DNA of 64,000 nt from Gemmatimonadaceae bacterium (GCA_051859245.1 JBHYGA010000004.1:64001-128000), one strand, 5' to 3'; counted from the stretch's first letter, positions 38,502-48,113 are shown. Numbers and translations are program-made. Notes: generated from the sequence alone by a model not told the origin.

Positions 38502-39631
38502 ACAACCGTCGTGATTTTCTGCGCGCGTCCGCTCTGCTTGGCGGCGCCGCGCTCACCCGTGGTCTGCTGCCGCGCGTCGATCTGTTGAACGTTGTGCCAA
38601 CGCGCCCTGCAGCACGCGCACTCAAAGTGCTGGTACTTGGTGGCACCGGATTTATCGGACCGCACCTAGTGCGTCATCTCGTCGCGCGCGGGCACACGGT
38701 GTCCATTTTCACACGCGGCCGACGAGAAGCCGAACTGCCACAGTCCGTAGAGCGCCTCGTGGGCGACCGCGACGCGAAAGACGCCAACGGAAATCTCGCC
38801 GGCGACTACACCGCGCTGGCCGATCGCCGCTGGGATTTTGTATTCGACGACTCGGCGAACAACCCCGCCTGGGTGCAGCAATCCACGGAAGTACTGCGCA
38901 ACGCGGTCACGCGCTACCTGTTCGTATCGTCCACCGGCGTGTTCTATCCGTATCGCACCGTTGACATTACCGAGTCAACGCCGGTGCGCATGAGCATGAC
39001 GGAAGAAGCAGCGGACTCCTTCGGCGTCAACAAGTCCATCGCCGAAGCACGCACACGAGACGTATTTGGAGATCGCGCAATTGTGGTGCGTCCCACGTAC
39101 ATCGTCGGTCCTGGTGATGGCAGCGATCGATTTACGTACTGGCCCGTTCGACTTGCGCGCGGCGGCGAGGTGCTCGCGCCCGGCAAGCCTACTGATCGTT
39201 CACAGTTCATTGACGTGCGCGATCTGGCCGAGTTCATGGTGCACATTGCGGAGACCGGCGCAACGGGCACGTTCAATGTGGCGGGCCCCAGGGACACACT
39301 GACCTTCCCCGAGTTTCTCAACGCCGCGCGCGCCGCGATCAGTACACCAAGCACTCTCACGTGGGTGGACGACTACGATTTCCTCACGGAACAGAAGTTG
39401 ACCTTCGCCTGTCCGTGGGGTTTGCCGCGCGGCGATGTGCTTGGCATGATGGCCATCAGTCCGGCCAAGGCGATCGCCGCAGGCCTTACGTATCGCCCAA
39501 TCGAACGCACCGTGCGAGATACGCTGGCGTGGTGGAATACGCTCCCCGCTGATCGTCAGGCGCGCAATCGATTTGTGCTCACGGCGGAGCGGGAAGCCGA
39601 GATCCTCGCGGCGTGGAAGGCGCGGCGCTGA
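38498..39631 (+). CDS. NAD-dependent epimerase/dehydratase family protein with Tat signal
   Basis: NNRRDFLR; VLVLGGTGFIG; RPTYIVGPGD..DRFTYWP; QFIDVRDLA; ATGA overlap with the DUF885 gene. Confidence 0.88.
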   Translation: MNNRRDFLRASALLGGAALTRGLLPRVDLLNVVPTRPAARALKVLVLGGTGFIGPHLVRHLVARGHTVSIFTRGRREAELPQSVERLVGDRDAKDANGNLAGDYTALADRRWDFVFDDSANNPAWVQQSTEVLRNAVTRYLFVSSTGVFYPYRTVDITESTPVRMSMTEEAADSFGVNKSIAEARTRDVFGDRAIVVRPTYIVGPGDGSDRFTYWPVRLARGGEVLAPGKPTDRSQFIDVRDLAEFMVHIAETGATGTFNVAGPRDTLTFPEFLNAARAAISTPSTLTWVDDYDFLTEQKLTFACPWGLPRGDVLGMMAISPAKAIAAGLTYRPIERTVRDTLAWWNTLPADRQARNRFVLTAEREAEILAAWKARR

Positions 39632-39772
39632 CCCGTCAGCACGCCAAAGGTACCCGCCTCAACCAGCGTGGTCGCTGCCGCGTATTTTTCAGGCGGTGCA
39701 TTTTGCCGCAGGCCTGACCTCATGGGCCGTGAGCCTCTGAAGTCGCTGTCCACTCATTTGGAGTCGCTGTCT

Positions 39773-41914
39773 ATGGTTCCGTCCGCTCTGCAGACGCTAG
39801 CTCACGCACGCGCCGCCCGCAGCCGCATTTACGCGGCGCTCCTGATGTCCGCAGCCGCGACGGCGTTACCGGCGGGTCTGCGTGCGCAGGACCGCCTGCC
39901 CTTCATGCCGGGCTACGCGCAGTTTCAGAAAATGCGCGGCGAGATCCCGAACGCGGTGCGTTCCGGCGCCATCACGCCAGTGTGGGAAGCAGACGGTCGC
40001 AGCTTCACCTACACCGCCGACGGCAAGCGCATGCGCTTTGACATCGCGTCGCGGTCGGCATCAGAAGCTCCGGCTGCCGGCGCGAATGGTGGTGCACGTG
40101 GCCCGGGTGGCCCGCGGGTGGAACGCGGACGTCAGGCCGAAGTCGCCTACACAGCGGACAGTGCACGCCGCGCGGTGCACCGTGATCGCAATCTGTACGT
40201 GCTCAATAAAGACGGAAGCGATGAACGCGCCGTGACGACCGATGGCAGCGCAGACAAGCGCATCAAGTACGGCACCGCCAGCTGGGTGTACGGCGAAGAA
40301 CTGGCACAAACCACCGCGATGTGGTGGTCACCTGACGGCAGCAAACTCGCGTACTATCGTTTTGATGAATCGCCGGTGCAGGACTATTTCCTGCAGCTGT
40401 CGCAGACAAAGATTCAGAGCACCATGGATACCGAAGCGTATCCCAAAGCGGGCAGCGCCAATCCGGTGGTTGATCTGTTCGTGTACGATGTTGCCACGAA
40501 CAAAAGTGTGCGCATTGATGTGCGCAGTGGCGCACCGTTTACCGACAGCACGGTTGGCCACTACGTCTATCGTGTGGGTTGGACACCAGACGGCAGCGCG
40601 ATCACGTTCAATCGCACCAACCGCCGGCAGAACGTGATGGAGTTTACAAGCTGCAGTCCAGCGAGCGGCGCGTGCCGTGCGATCGTGCGCGAAGAGTGGC
40701 TCGCCAGCTGGACCGACAATCGCCCCGACATTCGCTGGCTGGCCGACAATCAGCGTTTCATCTGGACATCAGAGCGCAACGGCTTCAAGAACTACTATCT
40801 GTATCACATGGACGGGCGGTTGCTCTCAACGCTCACGTCACACCCGTTCGAAGTGGCCGGCATTACGCGCGTGGATGAAAAAGCCGGACAGATGTGGTAC
40901 ATGGCGCGCAGCGGTGACAATCATATGAAGCTGCAGTTGCACCGCGTGTCGCTCTCGGGCAAGAACGACGTGCGTCTCACTGATCCGGCGTTCAATCACA
41001 CGGTCAATGTTTCGCCCGACGGCAAATACTTTGTTGATGTCGCACAAACGCACAACACGCCACCGGTGTCATCTGTTCGTGATGCCAACGGCAAGCTGGT
41101 CAAAGAACTGCTGCAAAGTGATGTGAGCAAAGCCACGGCACTCGGACTCAAGCCGGTGGAAATGTTCACCTTCAAAGCGGCTGACGGCGTGACCGAACTG
41201 CACGGCATGTTGCACAAGCCGAGCAACTTTGATCCGAGCAAGAAATATCCGGTGCTCGTGAGTGTGTACGGCGGCCCCGCCACCAACGGTGCACGCGAAA
41301 CGTTCAGTACACCCAACGCACTCACCGAATACGGTTTCCTTGTGCTCACGCTCGATGCACGCAGCGCGGCCGGTCGTGGCAAGAAATTCCTCGACGCGAT
41401 CTACGAAAGACTCGGCACCGTGGAAATTGACGACTTCGCGGCCGGCGTTCGCGAAATCGCCAAGCGTCCGTACGTTGATGGATCACGCGTTGGCGTGTTC
41501 GGCACATCGTACGGCGGTTACGCATCGGCCATGGCCCTGCTGCGTCACCCCGATGTATTTCACGCGGCCGCAGCCAGCAGCTCGGTCACCGATTGGCGTC
41601 ACTACGACACCATCTACACCGAACGCTACATGTACACGCCGCAGGCCAACGCGGCCGGTTACGATGCCGGTTCGGCGATGACCTACGCCGACAAGCTCAA
41701 AGGCCGTCTCATGATTTTCTACGGCACGGCCGACAACAACGTGCACCCGTCGAACAGCATGCAGCTCATCCAGGCCCTGCAGCGCGCCGGCAAGAGCTTC
41801 GATGTGCAGGTGGGACCGGATGTTGGCCACGCGGGACTGTCGCAGCCGCGCATGATGGAGTTCTTTATTGAACACCTCGTGCTGCCGCGCGCCGGCAACA
41901 CCGCCAGCAACTAG
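39773..41914 (+). CDS. S9B dipeptidyl-peptidase IV family peptidase, secreted
   Basis: WVYGEEL, WWSPDG, YPKAG, VYGGP, GTSYGG, DW..YDTIYTERYM, GTADNNVH. Confidence 0.93.
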   Translation: MVPSALQTLAHARAARSRIYAALLMSAAATALPAGLRAQDRLPFMPGYAQFQKMRGEIPNAVRSGAITPVWEADGRSFTYTADGKRMRFDIASRSASEAPAAGANGGARGPGGPRVERGRQAEVAYTADSARRAVHRDRNLYVLNKDGSDERAVTTDGSADKRIKYGTASWVYGEELAQTTAMWWSPDGSKLAYYRFDESPVQDYFLQLSQTKIQSTMDTEAYPKAGSANPVVDLFVYDVATNKSVRIDVRSGAPFTDSTVGHYVYRVGWTPDGSAITFNRTNRRQNVMEFTSCSPASGACRAIVREEWLASWTDNRPDIRWLADNQRFIWTSERNGFKNYYLYHMDGRLLSTLTSHPFEVAGITRVDEKAGQMWYMARSGDNHMKLQLHRVSLSGKNDVRLTDPAFNHTVNVSPDGKYFVDVAQTHNTPPVSSVRDANGKLVKELLQSDVSKATALGLKPVEMFTFKAADGVTELHGMLHKPSNFDPSKKYPVLVSVYGGPATNGARETFSTPNALTEYGFLVLTLDARSAAGRGKKFLDAIYERLGTVEIDDFAAGVREIAKRPYVDGSRVGVFGTSYGGYASAMALLRHPDVFHAAAASSSVTDWRHYDTIYTERYMYTPQANAAGYDAGSAMTYADKLKGRLMIFYGTADNNVHPSNSMQLIQALQRAGKSFDVQVGPDVGHAGLSQPRMMEFFIEHLVLPRAGNTASN

Positions 41915-41963
41915 AAAACGAGACCCGTGTGACCGCCGGACGATCTCAGGGGTTATCACTGCC

Positions 41964-42518
41964 ATGACCCCCACCGATGCCCAGATCGTTCGGCGCGTCC
42001 TGGGCGGTGACACGGAGGCCTTCCGGGGCCTCGTGGACCGCTACCACGACGACGCCGTGCGATACGCCACCCACCTGCTCGGCGACCACGCCGAAGCGGA
42101 AGACGCCGTTCAGGACACGTTCCTGCGCGCCTACCGCTACCTGGCGAGCTACCAGGAGCAGGACAAGTTTCGGGCGTGGCTCTGGCGCATTCTCGTGAAT
42201 CGCTGCCGTACGCGCCTCTCCGACCGTGCGCGACGCCCGGAACCGCGCGATTCGGCCGTCATCACCCAGCTCGTCGACGCCAACGCCGCCGCCCCTGACC
42301 ACGACCTCGACCGCGCCTTTTTGCGCGACGAGCTCGCTCAGGCGCTCGCCACCCTGCCCGCGGATCAACGCGAGGCGGTGGTGTTGCATTTCACGGAGGG
42401 GCTCTCCTATCCGGAAATGTCCGCCGTGACCGGCACCGGCGTGTCGGCGCTCAAAATGCGGGTCCATCGGGCCTGCGATCGACTGCGTACTCTGCTCTCG
42501 GATGTGATCCATGGCTGA
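41964..42518 (+). CDS. ECF RNA polymerase sigma factor
   Basis: GDTEAF..LVDRY, EAEDAVQDTFLRAY, FRAWLWRILVN; region 4 LP.DQREA..L...EGLSY.EM. Confidence 0.93.
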   Translation: MTPTDAQIVRRVLGGDTEAFRGLVDRYHDDAVRYATHLLGDHAEAEDAVQDTFLRAYRYLASYQEQDKFRAWLWRILVNRCRTRLSDRARRPEPRDSAVITQLVDANAAAPDHDLDRAFLRDELAQALATLPADQREAVVLHFTEGLSYPEMSAVTGTGVSALKMRVHRACDRLRTLLSDVIHG

Positions 42519-43200
42519 CGCCAATACGCCCCTGCTTCCGACCGAGCTTGAGGCCGCCTTCCGGCAGGCCGCGCCGGTTGATCAGGCCCGACGCGCCCGT
42601 TCGATCGACGCAATCATGGCGACGGTCACCACGCTACCCGCCCCGCGCCGCTGGTCATTGCCACCGTCCATGACCCGCTGGCGTCGCCGTGGCATGCTGG
42701 CGCCCGCCGGTGGCCTGGCCGTGACCGCCCTGATGGCCCTCTGGATGGGCGTCACTGCCCTCACCGATGTCTTCCAGCGGGGCTCATCGGCCGTGCTGGC
42801 CCGGGCCGAGTTCATTGGGGATACCGTGATCGCCCGTCTGGTCCCGGTGGTGGACGAAACACGTCTCGTGCGGGCGGGGGGCATGGCAGCCGCCCTCCAT
42901 GATACTTTGTACGACACGATGCGCATCGTCCGGTTCGCCCTGCGGGCACCGGAGGCGTCGCAGGTTACGTTGGTCGGCGCGGCGCCTGCCAATGTACCCG
43001 ATGCGCAGGAGTCCCGGATTTCGGTGGCGCGCGACATTGCCAGCGGACTCTGGGAAATGCGGACCGTACTGCCTCGCGATGCGGTGGCCAGTGCATTCGC
43101 ATTCGTGGTGGACGACGCGCAACGGATTCCGGTGCGCTCTCCAATGACTGTGCACTCCGTGTGGACACGCGAACAGGCATTGGGCGACACCGCGTTCTGA
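42511..43200 (+). CDS. Putative anti-sigma factor, single TM with degenerate CBM48/isoamylase early-set domain
   Basis: Overlaps the sigma stop; TM segment; VRFALRAPEASQVTLVG...GLW...AFVVD pattern. Confidence 0.7.
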   Translation: MADANTPLLPTELEAAFRQAAPVDQARRARSIDAIMATVTTLPAPRRWSLPPSMTRWRRRGMLAPAGGLAVTALMALWMGVTALTDVFQRGSSAVLARAEFIGDTVIARLVPVVDETRLVRAGGMAAALHDTLYDTMRIVRFALRAPEASQVTLVGAAPANVPDAQESRISVARDIASGLWEMRTVLPRDAVASAFAFVVDDAQRIPVRSPMTVHSVWTREQALGDTAF

Positions 43201-43229
43201 TCGCCCTTCTTCGTCTTCGTTCCTACAAC

Positions 43230-45566
43230 ATGTCTGAAACTGCTTCGCTCTGGCGCGGGCGCACGGCGCTCCTGGCCGCGCTCTCAGCGCTCACGCTTCT
43301 TATTGGCTACGGCGACCTGTGGCGCGGTGGCACCTCGATCTCGGCGCTGTGTCTTGCCATTGCATACGCTGGGTTGATTCCGGCCACGCTGATGTCGTTT
43401 GGCAAAGGTGAGTCAACAACACCCCGCGCCGACGAACGCTTCGCGAATGCGCCGTGGATACCAGCCGGCGTTGTTGCGCTCGCTTTGTTTCTGCTCTACG
43501 CGTTTACGCTCGGGCCGAGCACGGCCATGTGGGACACGAGCGAGTTCATTACGGCGGCCAAAGTTTTTGGTGTACCGCATCCGCCGGGCAACCCGGTGTT
43601 CGTCATTCTGGCGCACGCGTTTGGGTTGTTGCCGCTGCCTGTTGAGTATGGCGCACGCATCAATCTGCTCGCGGCCGTAACGAGCGCACTTTCGGCTGGT
43701 CTGTGGTTCCTGGTGGCAGATGGTGTGATGCGCACGTGGATCACGATCAAGTGGGCGCGCATCATGGCGTCGTCCACGGCCGTGCTCATCGGTGGTACCG
43801 CGTTCACGGTTTGGAATCAGAGCGTCGTGAACGAAAAAGTGTACTCGGTGGCGCTGCTCGGAGTCGCGGCCGTGAGCTGGCTCATGTTGCGCTGGAGCGA
43901 CTCACCTGACAAACCATCATCTGATCGTTACCTGCTCACAGCAGCCTATCTGATCGGACTCGGCTACGCGAATCATCCGGCCGGTTTTCTTCCGCTGCCC
44001 GCGGTTGGCTTGATTGTTCTGATGCGTCAGCCGTCGGTGCTGCTGCGCTGGCGCTTGCTGCTTGGTACGCTTGCGGTGGCGATTGTTGGCCTCACGCCGT
44101 TTGTTGTCATGCCGATTCGCGCGGCGCACGAACCGTACCTCAACAGCGGTGGTGTGTCAGCGTGTACCGACGGCATCAATGTGTCGTGTACGTTCAGCGC
44201 GGAGACATATCGTCGCGTGAAGGCGCACATTGACCGCGAACAGTATTCCGGTCACAACGTAGCGGAACGCAAGGCGCCGCTTACCGCGCAGTTCGGCATG
44301 TTCTGGCTGTACTTCAAGTGGCAGTGGTTCCGCGACGCGTACGGACAGGCACCGCAAGCACAGTCGTTGCTCGCGCTGCTCTTCTTCACGCTCGGCATTG
44401 TTGGCGGTGTGACACACTTCAGACGAGACCGACGAACATTCTGGTACGTGGGCGGACTCATGTTTACGCTCACGATCGCGCTCGTTGTGTATCTCAATTT
44501 CAAGTACGGACATTCGCAGGCGCCGGAACTTGGCAACAGCGTTGACCGCGAAGTGCGTGATCGAGACTACTTCTACTTGTGGACGTTCTCTCTGTGGGGA
44601 CTGTGGGCCGCGCTCGGACTCACCACACTGTGGGCATCGCTCGCTTCGCGACTGGGTGGTACCGGCGCTGTTTCAGATCGTGGACTTCGGTTGGCCACGC
44701 CGATCCTGTTGCTGGCCCTAATTCCTCTCGTTACCAACGCGATTGACGCGCCGCGCAACAAACACACGTTCACACGTGAATGGGCGCGCGACCTGCTCAA
44801 CTCGGTGGAGCCGTACGGCATTCTCATCACGAACGGCGACAACGATTCATTCCCGCTCTGGTACGCACAGGCGGTTGAAGGTGTGCGTCGTGACGTGATG
44901 GTTGCTGTCGTGCCGTACCTCGGCACCGAGTGGTACGCCCATCAGTTGCAGAACCGCAAGATCGAACCGTACGACAAGGAAGCAGGCCCGGCGCGTTATC
45001 GCGATCGTGAGTGGCCCATGCCAACCAAGCAGCTGTTGCCGCTCACGCGCGAAGAGATCGACGGCATTCCCCCGGTCGTCGGCTTGTCACAGCCACAGCG
45101 TTTTGTGCACGACGGCATGGACGTGACGATCAATCTCGACATGCTCATGCGCGACGAGCAGCTCGTGCTCTACATGATCAAGCACTCGTATCCCGAGCGC
45201 GGCATGTTCTTCTCGTTCGGCGGCTACGCATCACGCCTCGGCTTCGGCGACCACATTGTGAACTACGGTCTCGCGCAGAAGCTGGTGAGCACGCGGCCGG
45301 AACCGTCGCTGGCCTTCATCCCGCTGCGCGGCAACGAAGTGCTCGACGTGGAAGCCACGAAATCATTGTGGTCCGAGTACCGCGGTATGGACGCGCTGAT
45401 CGCCGAAAACGGTTGGGTCGACGACGCCTCGGCCGGCATTCCGGTGCTCTACCTGATCACTGGCCAATACCTCGCCGGTTCACTCGAAGCCGCCGGCGAC
45501 TCCATCGCCGCCGAAAAGATCCTCGCCAAGGTCGACACGATGGCGCAGCGTTCACGGATTCGATAA
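43230..45566 (+). CDS. DUF2723 / TMEM260-like GT-C glycosyltransferase (putative protein O-mannosyltransferase)
   Basis: WDTSEF, GVPHPPGNP.F, W.QS...E.VY, REVRDRDYFY, NGDNDSFPLWYAQ.VEGVRRDV; many TM segments. Confidence 0.85.
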   Translation: MSETASLWRGRTALLAALSALTLLIGYGDLWRGGTSISALCLAIAYAGLIPATLMSFGKGESTTPRADERFANAPWIPAGVVALALFLLYAFTLGPSTAMWDTSEFITAAKVFGVPHPPGNPVFVILAHAFGLLPLPVEYGARINLLAAVTSALSAGLWFLVADGVMRTWITIKWARIMASSTAVLIGGTAFTVWNQSVVNEKVYSVALLGVAAVSWLMLRWSDSPDKPSSDRYLLTAAYLIGLGYANHPAGFLPLPAVGLIVLMRQPSVLLRWRLLLGTLAVAIVGLTPFVVMPIRAAHEPYLNSGGVSACTDGINVSCTFSAETYRRVKAHIDREQYSGHNVAERKAPLTAQFGMFWLYFKWQWFRDAYGQAPQAQSLLALLFFTLGIVGGVTHFRRDRRTFWYVGGLMFTLTIALVVYLNFKYGHSQAPELGNSVDREVRDRDYFYLWTFSLWGLWAALGLTTLWASLASRLGGTGAVSDRGLRLATPILLLALIPLVTNAIDAPRNKHTFTREWARDLLNSVEPYGILITNGDNDSFPLWYAQAVEGVRRDVMVAVVPYLGTEWYAHQLQNRKIEPYDKEAGPARYRDREWPMPTKQLLPLTREEIDGIPPVVGLSQPQRFVHDGMDVTINLDMLMRDEQLVLYMIKHSYPERGMFFSFGGYASRLGFGDHIVNYGLAQKLVSTRPEPSLAFIPLRGNEVLDVEATKSLWSEYRGMDALIAENGWVDDASAGIPVLYLITGQYLAGSLEAAGDSIAAEKILAKVDTMAQRSRIR

Positions 45567-45751
45567 TCCCCTAAGTTCTTTGCAGTTTTCGTGTTCTTCG
45601 TGCTTTTGTGTCCTTCCCGCCGCAGTTCCCCCAGCATTAGGAGCATCTGGGCTTAGCAGCCAGACGCTCTCCTAGTGCAAGGGAACTGCGGCGGGAAGGA
45701 CACAAAAGCACGAAGGACACGAAGAAGAGCAACAGACTTTTTTTGGGGAAC
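45567..45751. repeat. Palindromic intergenic element, copy 2
   Basis: 35-bp perfect inverted arms 45596-45630/45681-45715 around a 50-nt core whose first 22 nt are identical to copy 1; between convergent stop codons. Confidence 0.9.
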
Positions 45752-45756
45752 GGCGC

Positions 45757-46710
45757 TTACGGTGCGACAGCGATGCCGCGGATTGGAGTGGTGTTGGCTA
45801 CGCCACCGACCGGGAAGAGCGAGCCGCTCTGCAGATTCACTACGTAGAGCATTGAGCCGGTAAAGCCGCTTCCCGTAGTGAGTGTGGCGTAAGCGGTGCC
45901 AGTGTTGCCGGCGATATCAAAGCCAACGTCGCCCGTCGTGTTTACACCGAGTGGGCCGACCGTGGTGACCACTCCGTTATTGGGATCAGCGAGCGTGACA
46001 AGGGCATCGCGCGCGAAATCGATCGCGTACAGAACCGTTGTTGTCGCACCTGACACGCTGTTCGTGTACGCCGTACCACCAATGCTTGGTGTGCTGAGTG
46101 TACCCGGATCACCGAGTGCGTAGGTGAGTGCACCGTCCACTACCGCCACTGTACCATCTGTTGCGCCACCAAGACGCGGCACGAGACGCAGGTTCTGATT
46201 CAGGTTGCCGTGCAAGCGAATGCGATTCGGCACCGGATTGAAATCAAAGCCAAAACGCGTTCCTGCGAGCGCCGGCGTGAACGGCGTCGTGCCAACGGCT
46301 GTTGCCGCACCGCTCATCGTGTCGAGTGTGTAGATGCGGCTCGATGAACCAATCGCGTACAACCGTCCGTCCACCGGACCAAAATCAATGCCTTCCACTT
46401 TTTCGTTGGCCACGAGACCGGTGATCGCAACGCGACGACCAATCTGATCCGGACGCAGCGCGCCGAACGTGATCAGCATGTTCATGCTGTCCACGGCGTA
46501 AATCGTACGACCGTTGTTGTTGCCGGGCGCGCCAGCGGGGCCGCCGGGGCCAGCAGGGCCCGCCGGACCACCCGGACCCGTGGGGCCGGGAACGCCCGGT
46601 GTGCCTTGTGGACCCGTCGGACCTTCGGGCCCCGTTTCACCTTCGCACGCCATCGCCGAGAGGCAGAGGCCGAGCGTGAACAATCGAGTTGACCAGGACG
46701 AACGATGCAT
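45757..46710 (-). CDS. Collagen-like DUF4394-domain lipoprotein
   Basis: GGGAGG RBS; lipobox SAMAC; 14 Gly-X-Y triplets; GIDF.P.DG.LY, FDFNPV.NRIR, AYTNS, GFDI motifs. Confidence 0.85.
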   Translation of the reverse strand: MHRSSWSTRLFTLGLCLSAMACEGETGPEGPTGPQGTPGVPGPTGPGGPAGPAGPGGPAGAPGNNNGRTIYAVDSMNMLITFGALRPDQIGRRVAITGLVANEKVEGIDFGPVDGRLYAIGSSSRIYTLDTMSGAATAVGTTPFTPALAGTRFGFDFNPVPNRIRLHGNLNQNLRLVPRLGGATDGTVAVVDGALTYALGDPGTLSTPSIGGTAYTNSVSGATTTVLYAIDFARDALVTLADPNNGVVTTVGPLGVNTTGDVGFDIAGNTGTAYATLTTGSGFTGSMLYVVNLQSGSLFPVGGVANTTPIRGIAVAP

Positions 46711-46805
46711 GACGAAGGCCTCCCTGTCGCAGTGCGACAATGCCGTGACGTGAACGAGCCAACGCTCGCACGCCTGCGGGCGCGCGAGTGTTCCGGGATT
46801 GGCTG

Positions 46806-46832
46806 TACGTCAGGTCATGCAGAACCGGATCT
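46806..46832 (-). promoter_or_regulatory. SigK/ECF18-19-type promoter AGATCC-N17-CGTA
   Basis: Minus strand agatcc ggttctgcatgacctga cgtac; matches the two promoters at 48085-48164. Confidence 0.6.
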
Positions 46833-46917
46833 GTCAGATCCGATTTGCTGACGTCACTGTGATGCAGCGCACGCGACACACGATCATTGACCGGTGCACC
46901 CGACACGCCCATACTCA

Positions 46918-47130
46918 ATGGATGACGCTCTCTCTTTTCCTCAACGCGGCACGCCTGTGAAAGGCGGCAAGAACGGCGCGGGCCGCCCGCGTCCAGCGAC
47001 CAAGGTTGAACCGACATCGCGGAAAGTCACCAAGAGTGCGAGCCGCGGGACGCCCAAGCGCGACTACGGGGCGATCGAGCGCGAAGTGCCCGTGCGCGCG
47101 CCCGATTCCAAGCCACCCAAACGCAAGTAG
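46918..47130 (+). CDS. Possible small basic protein
   Basis: Lys/Arg/Pro-rich ORF whose stop lies 1 nt before the next ATG; no recognisable domain; start uncertain. Confidence 0.35.
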   Translation: MDDALSFPQRGTPVKGGKNGAGRPRPATKVEPTSRKVTKSASRGTPKRDYGAIEREVPVRAPDSKPPKRK

Positions 47131-47131
47131 C

Positions 47132-47404
47132 ATGTCACGCGCTTTCCTTCGTGACGACGCCGAAGGAGAGATGCCTCGGCGCAACTACGATCTGCCACCG
47201 CGAGACGATCCGGGTTATGATCGGGCTGCGGCACGCGCGTTGCTTGAAGCGGCGCGTGTTGGAGAGACGCAGCTCGCCGAACGTGCGACGGGTTATTACT
47301 GGGGCGAGCCATTGCTGCGTTCGTACGTGGAGGAGATGCTGGTCGCCGCCGAAAAGGCTGGCGACGACCGGCTCGAACAAGTGGCGCGGCGGTATCTGAC
47401 GTAG
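47132..47404 (+). CDS. Small hypothetical protein (90 aa)
   Basis: Protein-like helical composition; N-terminus MSRAFLRDD. Confidence 0.7.
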   Translation: MSRAFLRDDAEGEMPRRNYDLPPRDDPGYDRAAARALLEAARVGETQLAERATGYYWGEPLLRSYVEEMLVAAEKAGDDRLEQVARRYLT

Positions 47405-47467
47405 TCACCCGGTGCCTTTGATGTACAACCCGAGGCGAAACGCGTTCACTCCACGTGTTTGCGCTGC

Positions 47468-48019
47468 TTAGTCCCGACGCGTCACCGCACCGTACTCGGT
47501 ACCGACATTGTCCGGCATCAGCACCCGATCAATCACGTGCACCACACCGTTGCTGGCTGGAATATCGGCAATGCGTACCGTCGCGTCGTTAATGCGCAGC
47601 GTGCCGTTGTTCGATCGGATGCGAAGCGGCTCACCCGCGACCGTATTCGCTGAACGCACCGTGCGAGCCTGCGCTGCCGATACGCGTCCGGCCACCACGT
47701 GATACGTGAGAATGGTGCGCAGCTGCTCGCGGTTCTCCGGCTGCAGCAAGTCACTCACGGTGTTTGCGGGCAATCGCGAAAACGCGTCGTCTGTTGGTGC
47801 AAACAGTGTGAACGGTCCGCGACCGAGCAACGTTTGCGTGAGTCCCGCCGCCTCAACCGCCGCGAGTAGCGTGTTGAAGAGGCCAGCCTCTTTCGCGACC
47901 TGCGGAATGCTTGGAGACGCGGGCGCGGTCGAGCGTGCGGGGTGTTGCGCCTGAGCCTTGAGCGGAAATGCGAATGTGATGGCGGTGGTAACGAGGGCAG
48001 CAGCGATGCGACGGTTCAT
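47468..48019 (-). CDS. Secreted fasciclin (FAS1) domain protein, MPT70/83-like
   Basis: GGAG RBS; signal peptide; GPFTLFAPTDDAF, ILTYHVV, NGVVHVIDRVL.P. Confidence 0.93.
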   Translation of the reverse strand: MNRRIAAALVTTAITFAFPLKAQAQHPARSTAPASPSIPQVAKEAGLFNTLLAAVEAAGLTQTLLGRGPFTLFAPTDDAFSRLPANTVSDLLQPENREQLRTILTYHVVAGRVSAAQARTVRSANTVAGEPLRIRSNNGTLRINDATVRIADIPASNGVVHVIDRVLMPDNVGTEYGAVTRRD

Positions 48020-48084
48020 GACTGGCTCCAGGATGGTGACGGGTTGACCGATCCACACGCGGGATCTTGTGGGGACGCGGTGCA

Positions 48085-48113
48085 GTTCGTTTCTCAGGAG
48101 CCATCTGGATGCA
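48085..48113 (-). promoter_or_regulatory. SigK-type promoter TGCATCC-N17-CGAAC for the fasciclin gene
   Basis: Minus strand tgcatcc agatggctcctgagaaa cgaac. Confidence 0.7.
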
